The notes beneath the pieces were generated by a model that was given only the letters and a program-made list of their open reading frames with translations, searched no databases and was not told where the DNA came from. Positions 11,078-20,682 of a DNA stretch of 34,913 nucleotides are shown here, in pieces. The translations under genes were made by a program, and so were the position numbers. Each line of letters starts with the position of its first letter. Position 1 is the stretch's first letter. The DNA is from an uncultured Lachnospiraceae bacterium (GTDB taxonomy: Bacteria; Bacillota; Clostridia; Lachnospirales; Lachnospiraceae): contig CANDFH010000005.1 of the NCBI GenBank assembly GCA_947383945.1, positions 86,791 to 121,703 of the forward strand, written 5' to 3'.

Positions 11078-12106
11078 TCAGGTGCTGTCCCCCTCGATTA
11101 AAACTGGTTCCAGCAGGCATGACTCTGTCTTTCTTCCATTTTGCCGCGCCACAATATTTTCAAAAATCAAACTTCCCATCTTTTCAAAATCAACGGCGAC
11201 TGTCGTCAGATTCGGGCGCATCATACTGGCAATATGTATATTATCACTCCCGATACATGCGATATCTTCAGGAACTCTCAGCCCTGCGTCCTTCGCTGCC
11301 AAAATAGCTCCGTAAGCCACATAGTCGTTAATACAGCAGACTGCTCTTGGAAGTTTTTTTTGACCAAGCAAAGCCCGCATTGCCTCCTCGCCGTCTTTTT
11401 CATCATAAGACTGCCCATGAATCCATTCCTGGCGAATTTCAAGACCAGCTTCCCTTGCATACTGATGCAGGCAGTCATACATCAGGGCAGTCGGATACCT
11501 CCCGTAAGATCCGCTCGCGGCTCCTCCAAGAATTCCAACGGTTCGATAATCTTTTTTGAGCAAATGTTCCACAAGAAGCTTCACTTTCTTTTTCGTGTCT
11601 GTATGTACCCCGATACAGCCAAATTTTTCAGCCTGCTCGCAGCATAAAATACATGGAACACGACGGTTTAACGTATTGATGGCACTCGCGTACTCGGCGT
11701 CAATCTCAATCGCGTCAACGCCCCCTCCCATAATAACAGCAGCTTCCACGCGAACTTCATCAAAGACATTCAATATTCTCCGCTCCGTTCCAGTATCATT
11801 TTTTCCATTATATAAAATTGTCATATACCCATTGGCTGACGCATGTTTTTCAAATTCATAATATACATTAGAAAAATACTCGTTCCCAATATGCGGAATC
11901 ATAAATCCAATAATTCTTGTTCTGTTCCTCTGTAGCCCTCTGGCCATCGCATTCGGACGGAACCCATACTTGTCAATCACTTCTTGTATTCTCGCCCGCG
12001 TCTTTTCCGAAACAGATCCTTTGCCCGAAATTACTCTGGAAACCAGAGACGGGGACACCCCAACCTCAGCGGCAATATCATAGATTGTTATATTCTTCTC
12101 TTCCAC
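11078..12106 (-). CDS. LacI-family transcriptional regulator (GTG start)
   Basis: 342 aa. N-terminal HTH TIYDIAAEVGVSPSLVSRVISGKGSVSEKTRARIQEVIDKYGFRPNAMARGLQ followed by a periplasmic-binding-fold domain. GTG at 12104-12106, with AAGGA 7 nt upstream. Confidence 0.88.
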   Translation of the reverse strand: MEEKNITIYDIAAEVGVSPSLVSRVISGKGSVSEKTRARIQEVIDKYGFRPNAMARGLQRNRTRIIGFMIPHIGNEYFSNVYYEFEKHASANGYMTILYNGKNDTGTERRILNVFDEVRVEAAVIMGGGVDAIEIDAEYASAINTLNRRVPCILCCEQAEKFGCIGVHTDTKKKVKLLVEHLLKKDYRTVGILGGAASGSYGRYPTALMYDCLHQYAREAGLEIRQEWIHGQSYDEKDGEEAMRALLGQKKLPRAVCCINDYVAYGAILAAKDAGLRVPEDIACIGSDNIHIASMMRPNLTTVAVDFEKMGSLIFENIVARQNGRKTESCLLEPVLIEGDST

Positions 12107-12224
12107 GGCTCTATCCTTAATCTCAAAAAATTTATAATGAAACCCTCATTTATTTTATAATTTTAACTTATCTATCTTCAAGATGATCATATTGTTTCAA
12201 TTTAAATATAACTTATCCTATAAT

Positions 12225-12262
12225 AAAAAGCAAGGGGCAATTTCCCTGCCCCCTGCTTTTTC
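12225..12262 (-). terminator. rho-independent terminator (bidirectional hairpin) ending the long glycan operon
   Basis: Stem GGGGCA/TGCCCC (12234-12239 / 12247-12252) with a 7-nt loop. A T-run follows on both strands (minus: ...TTGCTTTTTATT). It lies 66 bp downstream of the solute-binding-protein stop. Confidence 0.65.
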
Positions 12263-12327
12263 TACTGCAAACTACTTTTGTTAAAACAACCCTTCTTTTA
12301 AAAGACAGCGCTTTTTTTGAAAAAGAC

Positions 12328-13830
12328 TTACTCTGCGCCTTCTTCTCCCTCTTCTTCTGGAGGATTAACATAATCATCCTGCAAATCCTGGCTGTAGTCG
12401 TGGTTCTTGATATCCTCCATCATTGCATCCAGTGCCGACTTATATGCTTCAAGTGCAGAATCTGGAGTATTTGAACCATTTCCAATCGACGAAAATACTT
12501 CATTATTCAAGAGTGTGTTCAGATCTTCAAAACCCATCAGAGGGCTGATCATTACCTTAGGCATTAAGTCAAGGCAGATCTCAACTGCTTTTGCATCGGA
12601 AGCGGAAGCCTCGAAATTCGCCGCGATGGCATCTTCGTAATCTTCTTCATCCTCAAAAACCTGGAAGATCAAATCAATGATTGTCGCCACTTCCTCCGGC
12701 TTGTCAATACCATTTAACATCATCCATGGAGAGGACTCTTTCCCATAAGAAACATACTCTTTGCCGGAAGGTCCAAGCGGGAACGGCACAAAGCCCCACT
12801 CATCTTTCATACCGGTTTCTTCATCGTTCAAATAAGAAGTAATCCACCATGCCTCATAGCACATCATCGACTGACCATCGCGGAACGAGTAGATCTGTGC
12901 CTGCCAGTCTCCCAGCCAGCCGCCTAAGTGCGGAACATTCTGCATGAAATCTGCATAAGCTTCCAGAGCTTCCTTTGCCTCCTTTGTGTCGAGTGCAAGT
13001 TCAACGCCGGAATCTGTCTTCTTTACAGCATCTGCACCGTTTGACGCCATAAAGCTCCAGATAAAGTTCTCCCTCTGATTAAAACCGTGGATATCATACT
13101 CGCCGTCGCCGTCCAAGTCAACGTTACCTTTGATTGCGATATCCTTAAAGTTTTTCCAATTCCATTCGCCCTTGTCATAAAGTTCATACAAATCTGGCAG
13201 ATTGTACTGTTTAAAGAGCGTCTTGTTGTAGAAAATACCATACTGTACGTCCGGACCGGTTCTGCCCATCGCATAGACCTTGCCCTTGTAGGTGCTGGCA
13301 TTTGTCGCCGACTCCTGATACCAAGGCTTGCTAAAATCAATTACACCAAGGTCACTGATCGGGTAAGCGATACCGCCCTCAATCAATGATGGAAGCAGCT
13401 GATAACTTAAAATATAACCGACGTCGCAGACTGGGTCGCCCGCAAGCACGCTTGTTACATAAGCGCCGACATAATCACCGCCGACATTGACAAACTCGAT
13501 ATTGCAGTTGTAGTTATCTTCCACAAACTTGATCCTCTCGGCAAATGCTTTTGCAAACAAATCGCCGTCTGGATCTGGAGTCATCTCCCAGTAGCTTCCG
13601 ATTCTTACGGTTCTGCCGCCAAAATCATAAGCTGGCTCCGGCTCGTCGGTCGGTGTTGGATCGGTCGGATTATCGGAATCCGGCGTGTTTGTTGGAGTTT
13701 CTGGTGCGGAGGTCGGTTTTTCCTGATCTGCCGGAGTCGGAGTTGGGTCTTCTGCCGGATCTCCCCCGCAGCCTGCCATCGCCATTACCATAGATGCCGA
13801 CAGCGTCAATGCAAGTAACTTCTTTTTCAT
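12328..13830 (-). CDS. ABC transporter extracellular solute-binding lipoprotein (carbohydrate family)
   Basis: 500 aa. Lipoprotein signal MKKKLLALTLSASMVMAMAGC. A Pro/Thr-rich linker (PTPTPADQEKPTSAPETPTNTPDSDNPTDPTPTDEPEP) precedes a family-1-like binding domain. Strong AGGAGG RBS. It is the last gene of the operon. Confidence 0.8.
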   Translation of the reverse strand: MKKKLLALTLSASMVMAMAGCGGDPAEDPTPTPADQEKPTSAPETPTNTPDSDNPTDPTPTDEPEPAYDFGGRTVRIGSYWEMTPDPDGDLFAKAFAERIKFVEDNYNCNIEFVNVGGDYVGAYVTSVLAGDPVCDVGYILSYQLLPSLIEGGIAYPISDLGVIDFSKPWYQESATNASTYKGKVYAMGRTGPDVQYGIFYNKTLFKQYNLPDLYELYDKGEWNWKNFKDIAIKGNVDLDGDGEYDIHGFNQRENFIWSFMASNGADAVKKTDSGVELALDTKEAKEALEAYADFMQNVPHLGGWLGDWQAQIYSFRDGQSMMCYEAWWITSYLNDEETGMKDEWGFVPFPLGPSGKEYVSYGKESSPWMMLNGIDKPEEVATIIDLIFQVFEDEEDYEDAIAANFEASASDAKAVEICLDLMPKVMISPLMGFEDLNTLLNNEVFSSIGNGSNTPDSALEAYKSALDAMMEDIKNHDYSQDLQDDYVNPPEEEGEEGAE

Positions 13831-13905
13831 AATAAATCCTCCTTCTTTTAATATACAACTAAAAAGAATTTATAATAAAGCATCTCGCTCTATTATCTTG
13901 AGCAG

Positions 13906-13934
13906 ATCTGGAAACGCAGTCTGCGTTTCCAGAT
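13906..13934 (-). promoter_or_regulatory. perfect 14+14 palindromic stem-loop in the permease-to-solute-binding-protein intergenic region
   Basis: ATCTGGAAACGCAG-T-CTGCGTTTCCAGAT. A T7 run follows on the plus strand only. On the coding (minus) strand it is a strong hairpin with no U-tract, sitting 5' of the solute-binding-protein RBS. Confidence 0.5.
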
Positions 13935-13944
13935 ATTTTTTTAA

Positions 13945-14991
13945 TTATCCGACAATACCAGAGCGCGCAATTCCCTCCACAAAATGTTTCTGGCAGGCCA
14001 GATACAAAATAACGAGAGGAAGGATTACAAGCAGCACGCCTGTGTTGTTCATCATTGAGGCAAAGCCCGGCGTCACAAAATTCATAGACCCGCCCATATC
14101 TTTGTACTGCGCTGCAATCGTGGTTGCAAGCCCGCTCAGCTTATTTGATAAAAGCGCCATCTTAGGCATATACATTCCAGTGTAGAACGAGTCGGTCCAC
14201 TGCCATACAAATCCAAACAAAAATACGGTTACCATCATCGGCACTGCAACCGGCATCATAATCTGCACAAATGTCCGAAGCTTGCCGCATCCGTCCACAA
14301 ACGCAGCCTCCTCAAGTTCCTTCGGTATTCCTTTAAAGAACTGGCGCAGCATATAGATATAAAGCCCATTCTTAAAACCGATACAGGTAATCGCCTGAAT
14401 CAGCACAGGTCCCGCCGTATTTAAAAGATTGATGCTCTCTCCTGTCACAGATTTCGCAATACCCAAAATATCAAAGAAACGAAAGTTCATATACATTGGG
14501 AGCATTAAAATCTGCGGCGGCACAATCAAGGTAAAGATCACACAGCCAAAAAATATATTTTTTCCAGGAAAACGGAATCTTGCAAAACCGTAAGCGGTCA
14601 GCATACATACAATCAGCTGTAAGAACGCCACTCCGCCTGAGATCACCGCGGTAAGCAGAAAACTCTTGCCGTACTCCAATCCCTTTAACACCTTTCTATA
14701 ATTGTCCAATGTGAAAGTTTTTGGCACGTACTTTACTGTCGCATCGTATAAATTTGATTCATCCATCAAGGATACGCTCAACTTTACAAAGACCGGATAC
14801 AAAATCACGTAACAGATTCCAAATACAATAACACCGCGCACAATGGAGAGTGCAATCCGCCCAAGTCTTGCCGGCGTAAGCTTCTTTTTTCTGCGTTCCA
14901 CCCCCGGCGCTGTCTTTTTTCTGGGAAGTAATTTCTGGAGCGAAAACTTTGCTCCATTGTTTAATTTCCTTACGTCCTCCAACTTTGCCAC
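13945..14991 (-). CDS. carbohydrate ABC transporter permease (MalG-type) with a basic N-terminal extension; non-ATG start
   Basis: 348 aa with multiple TM helices. The start codon is GTG (14989-14991), only 3 nt after the upstream TAG. Alternatively TTG 9 nt downstream, with an AGGGGG SD and an 8-nt spacer. No in-frame ATG precedes TM1. Confidence 0.8.
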   Translation of the reverse strand: MAKLEDVRKLNNGAKFSLQKLLPRKKTAPGVERRKKKLTPARLGRIALSIVRGVIVFGICYVILYPVFVKLSVSLMDESNLYDATVKYVPKTFTLDNYRKVLKGLEYGKSFLLTAVISGGVAFLQLIVCMLTAYGFARFRFPGKNIFFGCVIFTLIVPPQILMLPMYMNFRFFDILGIAKSVTGESINLLNTAGPVLIQAITCIGFKNGLYIYMLRQFFKGIPKELEEAAFVDGCGKLRTFVQIMMPVAVPMMVTVFLFGFVWQWTDSFYTGMYMPKMALLSNKLSGLATTIAAQYKDMGGSMNFVTPGFASMMNNTGVLLVILPLVILYLACQKHFVEGIARSGIVG

Positions 14992-14994
14992 CCC

Positions 14995-15927
14995 CTAATC
15001 TGTATAGAATACCTTCCGGCTGATCAAACCGCCGACAACAGCGATAATTACAGCGATCAACACGAAGTAAATCCATGCCATTGCGGAACCGAACCCATAC
15101 TTTACATCGCTGAAGATCGTCTTTTTGATCAATGTCATCAGCTCGTTATCCGCGCTTGTGAACGAGTCGATAATTGTGTAAACGGAGTTCACAAGAATCA
15201 GCGGGCTGATCATCGGGAATGTGATCTTCCAGAAATTCTCCCACGCTGTAGCTCCTTCCATATTGGACGCCTCGTAAAGACTTGGAGAAATTCCCTGAAG
15301 TCCTGCAAGGAATACAAGAATCTGTACACCTGAAGCGATAACAATATCGTAAATTCCAAGCACTGCCTCCGATAAATAATTAACAAATGTTGCGGGCAGA
15401 TTTGTATAATTCATCAAAAATTTTGAAATATTAAACACTGTTGACGCATCATCTGCGGAAAGCATTCCCTCTGGTCCCAATGTCTGCTGCAATAAGTCCG
15501 ACGACTCAATACCAAGGATAATCCCCGAAGTCAGAATCACCGGAAAGAAGAAAATACTTCTCGCAATACCGCGTCCTTTAAATTTCTGGTTCAGCAGGTT
15601 CGCGGCAAAAAAGCTGAAAATCAAAATCAAAGGCACCTGGATAAACATATCCTTCACAGCGTTCAGCAATTTTAAATTAAAATCCGGATCGATCGTCAGC
15701 GCCCGTTTATAGTGTTCCAGTCCGCCTTCCGCCGCTTTTTGAAGTACATAACCTCCAGTTCCTACCTGCATATTGCTGAAACTGAACGCAATCGACTTAA
15801 AAAGCATCGGAAGAAACAACCCGATAAAACCGACCAGGAAAGGAATGATAAAGCAAAACCCGGCCACCGCTTCTTTACCTCTGAGCGTCATTTTCCGTTT
15901 TCCGTTCACTTTGCGCATTGCTTTCAT
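14995..15927 (-). CDS. sugar ABC transporter permease (MalF-type)
   Basis: 310 aa, 6 TM helices. EAA-loop region EASNMEGATAWENFWKITFPMISP. AGGAGAGG RBS. Confidence 0.85.
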   Translation of the reverse strand: MKAMRKVNGKRKMTLRGKEAVAGFCFIIPFLVGFIGLFLPMLFKSIAFSFSNMQVGTGGYVLQKAAEGGLEHYKRALTIDPDFNLKLLNAVKDMFIQVPLILIFSFFAANLLNQKFKGRGIARSIFFFPVILTSGIILGIESSDLLQQTLGPEGMLSADDASTVFNISKFLMNYTNLPATFVNYLSEAVLGIYDIVIASGVQILVFLAGLQGISPSLYEASNMEGATAWENFWKITFPMISPLILVNSVYTIIDSFTSADNELMTLIKKTIFSDVKYGFGSAMAWIYFVLIAVIIAVVGGLISRKVFYTD

Positions 15928-15931
15928 TCTA

Positions 15932-18487
15932 CTACCTCTCCTTCACAACAACAAAATCGCGCGCTTCCACCGTCTGACCGGCAGCCGACACCGCTTTTTT
16001 GTTATAGTTCACGATCACGCAGGTTCCATTCTCGTAAGTCGTCGCATACACTTTATCAGCCAGCCGTTCATGCTTTGTAATCCGCTGTCCCTGTACACTT
16101 CCCACCGCTGCATTCACTTTTTCGTAGGTCGAGATTGCTTTCTCCTTCCACGCTGCAAAATTGATGGAATAAAGGGAATCAAAATCTGTATCTTTCAACA
16201 GATGGTTATCGCCGTAAATCCATTCAAAAGACAGTCCGGCTCCACACTCAATACTCTGTAATACCGTCGTCTCAAAATCATCTGACATATTGAGATTTGG
16301 TCCTGCAAAATCTTTGTAACCATGCAGTACAATCGCATAAAATGGTATTGTTTCATCCAGGATTCTGCTGTTATTGCTGTCAAACGGCACCTCGATAATA
16401 TCAGAAAGCCATGAAAATGCGTAAGCGTTCGCATTATTGGCAAGTACATTCCCGCCCACCGCTGTATTCAGCAGCTCAATCGCTTCAGAATTATAGCCTG
16501 CCGCATGGCTTCGATCTGTGTACCTTGAGGACGCATAATCCGAAAACAGTTCTGATGCCAAAGTGTTTACCGCCACTCCGGTAAAATCATATTTCTTCAC
16601 TTTCTTTTCAAAATCCTTCGCCATCTTTACAACATAGTACGGGCTGATCAGATCAACGTCGCGCTTTACAAGCATTCCATTTGGAATCAGATATTCTCCG
16701 GTTCTTACCGTTGATTTGTCATAGTACTGCGGTGCGTGCGAACCGGATGCGTACCCGTCGCCTAACGCGCTTTTATATACATACTGCAGCTGTGCAGAAT
16801 GAAATACGGTAATCCCCTTTGCTGTCATATCGGACAAGAACTTCTTTAGAGATACCCCGGAAGCATTTAATTTGGAAAGTGCGGAAGCCGCCTTTGGAGC
16901 AGTTCCATGCAATCCGCCTTTTGCCCATCCCTGATACTGGATTTTCAGATTGCTGACCCCTGCACTTTGCAGTTCTTCCACAATTTTTTCCGCCTGCGCG
17001 TAAGTTGTCAATTCCTGCACTGCGTTATATTTAATGCCAAATATAGATTTTGTCTTTTCAATCGCACCGATTAAGTTTGCATAAAACGGCACCGCATTTC
17101 CCGCTGTCTGCTTTTTTAACGCCCCTTGGCTTTCCAAGTACGATTGATAAAAATGCGCCATCCCTGTATAGTTGGCCTCTTCACCGTGCAGGAAATTATA
17201 GCGCACACGGAACAGCCCTTCAAACTCTGCCGGGGAATACATCTGAAATGTCTGAGTTCCCACCACGTCGCCCAGCGAAATCTTCCCGTAACTTAAATAG
17301 GAAAAACCTGCGTACACATTATTGTAACTGTTTGTCTTTCCGGCATTGTCCGCCGTGATATCCGCCGCAGCCGCATTTTCCTCAATAATTGCAAACCACG
17401 CTTTATCGCCTGTTTTCAGACCGTACACCGGCATTCTCACAGTCACTGCCTGATCAATTTCCGACTTTGTTTTGCTGTTGAATGTATTGGTGATATCTCT
17501 GCCGTACACCGGAGCAAAATACGCGCTGTCCGTCTTTCCAGAATTCAGATAAATCAAAGCACCGCTTCCATCCGGCACAAAAAGATATCCTTCTTCCTCC
17601 GATCCGGCTGCCCCGAAAAACTCTAAAAGGTCAAGATCCACAAGGTAATAACCTTCTGTGTTGTACTCTACCTTTTTCGGATCAATCTGCGCAATCAAAC
17701 TCTCCCCATCCAATTTATACTCAAGCGTAACATTGAACCAAGGCTTTTCATTTGCTGACAGCACTCCGTTTTCCTCGTTGTCAAACGCCATATCTTCCGC
17801 CGTATAACCAACCTTTGTAAAATACCCTGTAATTTCTTCTTTTTTATAGTCCTTTACGCTGGACTGTAAAACATAGATATTGTGATCTTCAAAGGATGGG
17901 TACTGCTCGATATACTCCTGCCGCTCGGACTCCCTCATACTGGAAGCATCCAGATAGTTGTAAACTCGATCTGTCTTTTTCTTATCGCTTTTATCCATCT
18001 GCTCTGTAAATTGCAGATAGCGTTCCTCGCTGATTGCCTGCGGCAAAATATATTTATCTGCCAGCTCTCCAAGCTGATACAAGATACTTACTCCGTCTGA
18101 TTCATAAGTAATCTCAAATTGACCGTTTGCAATGCTGTCCGTATAATTATCCATCTCGGAAGACTGCGCGCTCTCGTTAAAATACCGGATGGAAAACTGG
18201 GAGCGCATCAGATCTTTGTGATAGGCACTTGCCACTGTATCGCTGTCAACCCCTTCTGGATTGCTGAACCATACATCACCGTTCTTTTTTACCCGAACTG
18301 CAACCGCGGTAGTCGCCTCGTCAATGTAGAGTTCCAACTCCGACGTTGAAGCCGCCAGTTTCATTCCGCTCGGTATGTCCTGCCCTTCCGCCGCGCAAAC
18401 CTTAAAATCCGGTTTACTGCCGCCCGAAAAGGCAATGCAGCCTGCCAGCAAAAACGCCGCGGCTCTTTTTATCCATTTCCTTTTCAT
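15932..18487 (-). CDS. large lipoprotein of unknown function (DUF5696-like, inferred from memory of similar clusters)
   Basis: 851 aa from the ATG at 18485-18487. Lipoprotein signal MKRKWIKRAAAFLLAGC (lipobox LAGC). No catalytic motif was recognisable by eye. It is translationally linked (4-nt gap) to the downstream permease genes. Confidence 0.55.
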   Translation of the reverse strand: MKRKWIKRAAAFLLAGCIAFSGGSKPDFKVCAAEGQDIPSGMKLAASTSELELYIDEATTAVAVRVKKNGDVWFSNPEGVDSDTVASAYHKDLMRSQFSIRYFNESAQSSEMDNYTDSIANGQFEITYESDGVSILYQLGELADKYILPQAISEERYLQFTEQMDKSDKKKTDRVYNYLDASSMRESERQEYIEQYPSFEDHNIYVLQSSVKDYKKEEITGYFTKVGYTAEDMAFDNEENGVLSANEKPWFNVTLEYKLDGESLIAQIDPKKVEYNTEGYYLVDLDLLEFFGAAGSEEEGYLFVPDGSGALIYLNSGKTDSAYFAPVYGRDITNTFNSKTKSEIDQAVTVRMPVYGLKTGDKAWFAIIEENAAAADITADNAGKTNSYNNVYAGFSYLSYGKISLGDVVGTQTFQMYSPAEFEGLFRVRYNFLHGEEANYTGMAHFYQSYLESQGALKKQTAGNAVPFYANLIGAIEKTKSIFGIKYNAVQELTTYAQAEKIVEELQSAGVSNLKIQYQGWAKGGLHGTAPKAASALSKLNASGVSLKKFLSDMTAKGITVFHSAQLQYVYKSALGDGYASGSHAPQYYDKSTVRTGEYLIPNGMLVKRDVDLISPYYVVKMAKDFEKKVKKYDFTGVAVNTLASELFSDYASSRYTDRSHAAGYNSEAIELLNTAVGGNVLANNANAYAFSWLSDIIEVPFDSNNSRILDETIPFYAIVLHGYKDFAGPNLNMSDDFETTVLQSIECGAGLSFEWIYGDNHLLKDTDFDSLYSINFAAWKEKAISTYEKVNAAVGSVQGQRITKHERLADKVYATTYENGTCVIVNYNKKAVSAAGQTVEARDFVVVKER

Positions 18488-18564
18488 ACTTCCTCGCATT
18501 CCGCCGCACAAACGGCTTTTTAATCAAAGGAATTCAGTTTCTCCTTTTTCCTGAAATCATTCTG

Positions 18565-19185
18565 CTACCGGAAACGAACTTCCTTGTAAATTGTCATCAC
18601 GAACGTCGCAATCTGCTGGATCACACTGAAAAAAAGCAGCCCGATAAAAAGCAGGATCGCCATACCGATAATTGTAAGGAGCGTTGTAAAAAGTGTTTTC
18701 TTCACAGAATACTGATGGGTTACCATCATCCCTGCCAAAAGCAGCGCGCCTGTCCAGAGATAGCTGATCGTTGTAAATACATAATAAAACGTTCCCTCTT
18801 CCGCTGTGATCATATGGCTCATTCCGATAAGCGGAAACTGAATCAGCCAGAGAGGAACCAGCGAATAGCCGGTAAAGATGATAATATCCCGCATTTTGCC
18901 TTCGCCGTCCATCAGCGAAGTTAAACACCAGTTGGACACACACCAGAGAATGCACATCAGACCTACCGATACAATATCAACCATAACATCAATGGTTTCC
19001 AGACGGTTCATATTAAACAAAAATGCCGTATTCTGCTTTTGCACCACGAGCATAAAGATTGTGAGCACAATAAAGGTAAAGGATGCGGCAACGGAACCGC
19101 GGTGCTCCTTCTTCAAATCCCAAAAACCGTCAAAAGGATGAAAAATAACATAGAAGCCGTATTTTAACGTCCTGAGATATTGCAT
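18565..19185 (-). CDS. Yip1-family integral membrane protein
   Basis: 206 aa. The N-terminus MQYLRTLKYGFYVIFHPFDGFWDLKKE followed by 5 hydrophobic helices is typical of bacterial YIP1-domain proteins. Its start overlaps the 3' end of the NHL gene by 22 nt. Confidence 0.65.
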   Translation of the reverse strand: MQYLRTLKYGFYVIFHPFDGFWDLKKEHRGSVAASFTFIVLTIFMLVVQKQNTAFLFNMNRLETIDVMVDIVSVGLMCILWCVSNWCLTSLMDGEGKMRDIIIFTGYSLVPLWLIQFPLIGMSHMITAEEGTFYYVFTTISYLWTGALLLAGMMVTHQYSVKKTLFTTLLTIIGMAILLFIGLLFFSVIQQIATFVMTIYKEVRFR

Positions 19186-20666
19186 TTTGCCTCACCTACC
19201 CATCTTTTAATTTTTTTGCCCACCACAAACACAAGAGCAATCACAACAACCCCGGCAATCAGCCCCATATATTTTCCGAAATTGTCCTGCATCAGATCTT
19301 TGCGGTAGAATTTAAATGCTTTCGTGTAATATTTTCGGCTGTTTCCAAGCTCGAAGTATTCCATCGCCTCTTTGTAACGGCCTTCCTTCAAGTACGTTTT
19401 TCCGATACCGATATACGCGACCTCGCTGTTGGCGTTGCGCAGAAGCACCTCCTGCCAAAGTTCATAAGAAAGTGCTTCATTCCCTTCATTATGAGCCTTT
19501 AAAGCTCCGAGCAGCGCCTGCCCGTACTCTGTAATTTCATAGGTTAAAATACTGCCCAACTGAGAATCAAGGACATAAATCTTTGCCTGATCCTCGCTTA
19601 ATGCCAGCGACACCGGATTTCTTACAAGTCCCGCGCGGCTGCCCTTTCCGCCAAAAACAAACAGTGAATTTCCGTCGTAATCATAACAGAAAACCTTGCC
19701 TCCGGCATTGTCGAGAATAAAATAACACCCGTAATCCGTCGATGCAATATCCGTGAAGGACGACCATGCCGCCTCATCGGTCGCGTTGTACAAATCTCCA
19801 ATAATAGCTGTATTTCCAAGACGTCTTAATACATCTGTGCCGGTTGGATTCAGCCTTCTTACGGCATCTGCCCCATTTAAGTGATCCTCGGCGGACAGAT
19901 TGCTGATTGTCGCATAGACAAAGTTGCTTTTATCCACAAAAATATTGCTGTATTCTGTTGGAATAATCGTCTCCATCCTCTGCTTCTGCGCGTCGGTAGA
20001 AAAATAATTCTTCCAGATATATTCAAACATGGATACCGAAACTTGTGTAGCCCCCATAAAACCCTGAAATTCTCCGTTTCGGTCAAACTCCACCAAACCC
20101 ATATTGATACCGTAAGCAATCACATAAATTCTTCCGGCTCCGTCCACAATAACTTTTGTAGGCACATAGTTCTGACTTTCTGTAATCAGCTCGGTTTCCG
20201 GTCTTCCAATCTGCCGGATATACTCTCTGTTCGGAGAGAATTCTACAACTCTTCCATTTCCAGAATCAGCGACATAAATATGCCCTTCCTCCGTCACAAA
20301 CACGCCCTGCGGGCTTTTTAAACTGTCCTCAGCTCCATCTGCTGTAAAAGAGGATAATTCCCACAACATTGCCCCTGAAGTATCAAGCGCGACAATTCTG
20401 CTGTTCTCCATATCCGCCACATACAAGGTGTCATGTTTTAAAAACAAGTCCTGCGGATTTTTTAACTTTGTACCCGACTGTATATATGACAATTCTTCTG
20501 CATACAAATACGCAGGAGGCTGCAGCACATCCTCGCCCCACCAGTCGTAACTGTAAGTGTCGTAAGGCATCGTATCCGCAGAGACTTCGCTTGCAGGGAA
20601 AAGCAGGCTTCCCGCCGCTGCAAGCACACAGAGCAGTTTTCCGAACTTCTTCTTCGAATTCTTCAT
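19164..20666 (-). CDS. secreted NHL-repeat beta-propeller protein with C-terminal TM anchor
   Basis: Internal ATG at 20664-20666 (M32 of the tracked ORF) gives 500 aa. Signal peptide MKNSKKKFGKLLCVLAAAGSLLFPASEVSA. At least 5 NHL-type blades (LYVADMENSRIVALD, IYVADSGNGRVVEF, IYVIAYGINMGLVEF, YFILDNAGGKVFCYD, IYVLDSQLGSILTYE). A TPR-like helical segment, then a C-terminal TM helix YMGLIAGVVVIALVFVVG. Confidence 0.7.
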   Translation of the reverse strand: MKNSKKKFGKLLCVLAAAGSLLFPASEVSADTMPYDTYSYDWWGEDVLQPPAYLYAEELSYIQSGTKLKNPQDLFLKHDTLYVADMENSRIVALDTSGAMLWELSSFTADGAEDSLKSPQGVFVTEEGHIYVADSGNGRVVEFSPNREYIRQIGRPETELITESQNYVPTKVIVDGAGRIYVIAYGINMGLVEFDRNGEFQGFMGATQVSVSMFEYIWKNYFSTDAQKQRMETIIPTEYSNIFVDKSNFVYATISNLSAEDHLNGADAVRRLNPTGTDVLRRLGNTAIIGDLYNATDEAAWSSFTDIASTDYGCYFILDNAGGKVFCYDYDGNSLFVFGGKGSRAGLVRNPVSLALSEDQAKIYVLDSQLGSILTYEITEYGQALLGALKAHNEGNEALSYELWQEVLLRNANSEVAYIGIGKTYLKEGRYKEAMEYFELGNSRKYYTKAFKFYRKDLMQDNFGKYMGLIAGVVVIALVFVVGKKIKRWVGEAKCNISGR

Positions 20667-20682
20667 TGTTTGCTCCCCCCTT

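Noticed and set aside
13590-13760. Pro/Thr-rich repetitive segment inside the 500-aa solute-binding-protein gene
   Set aside because: It encodes a low-complexity PT linker between the lipid anchor and the binding domain. This is a normal protein feature, not a DNA repeat element.
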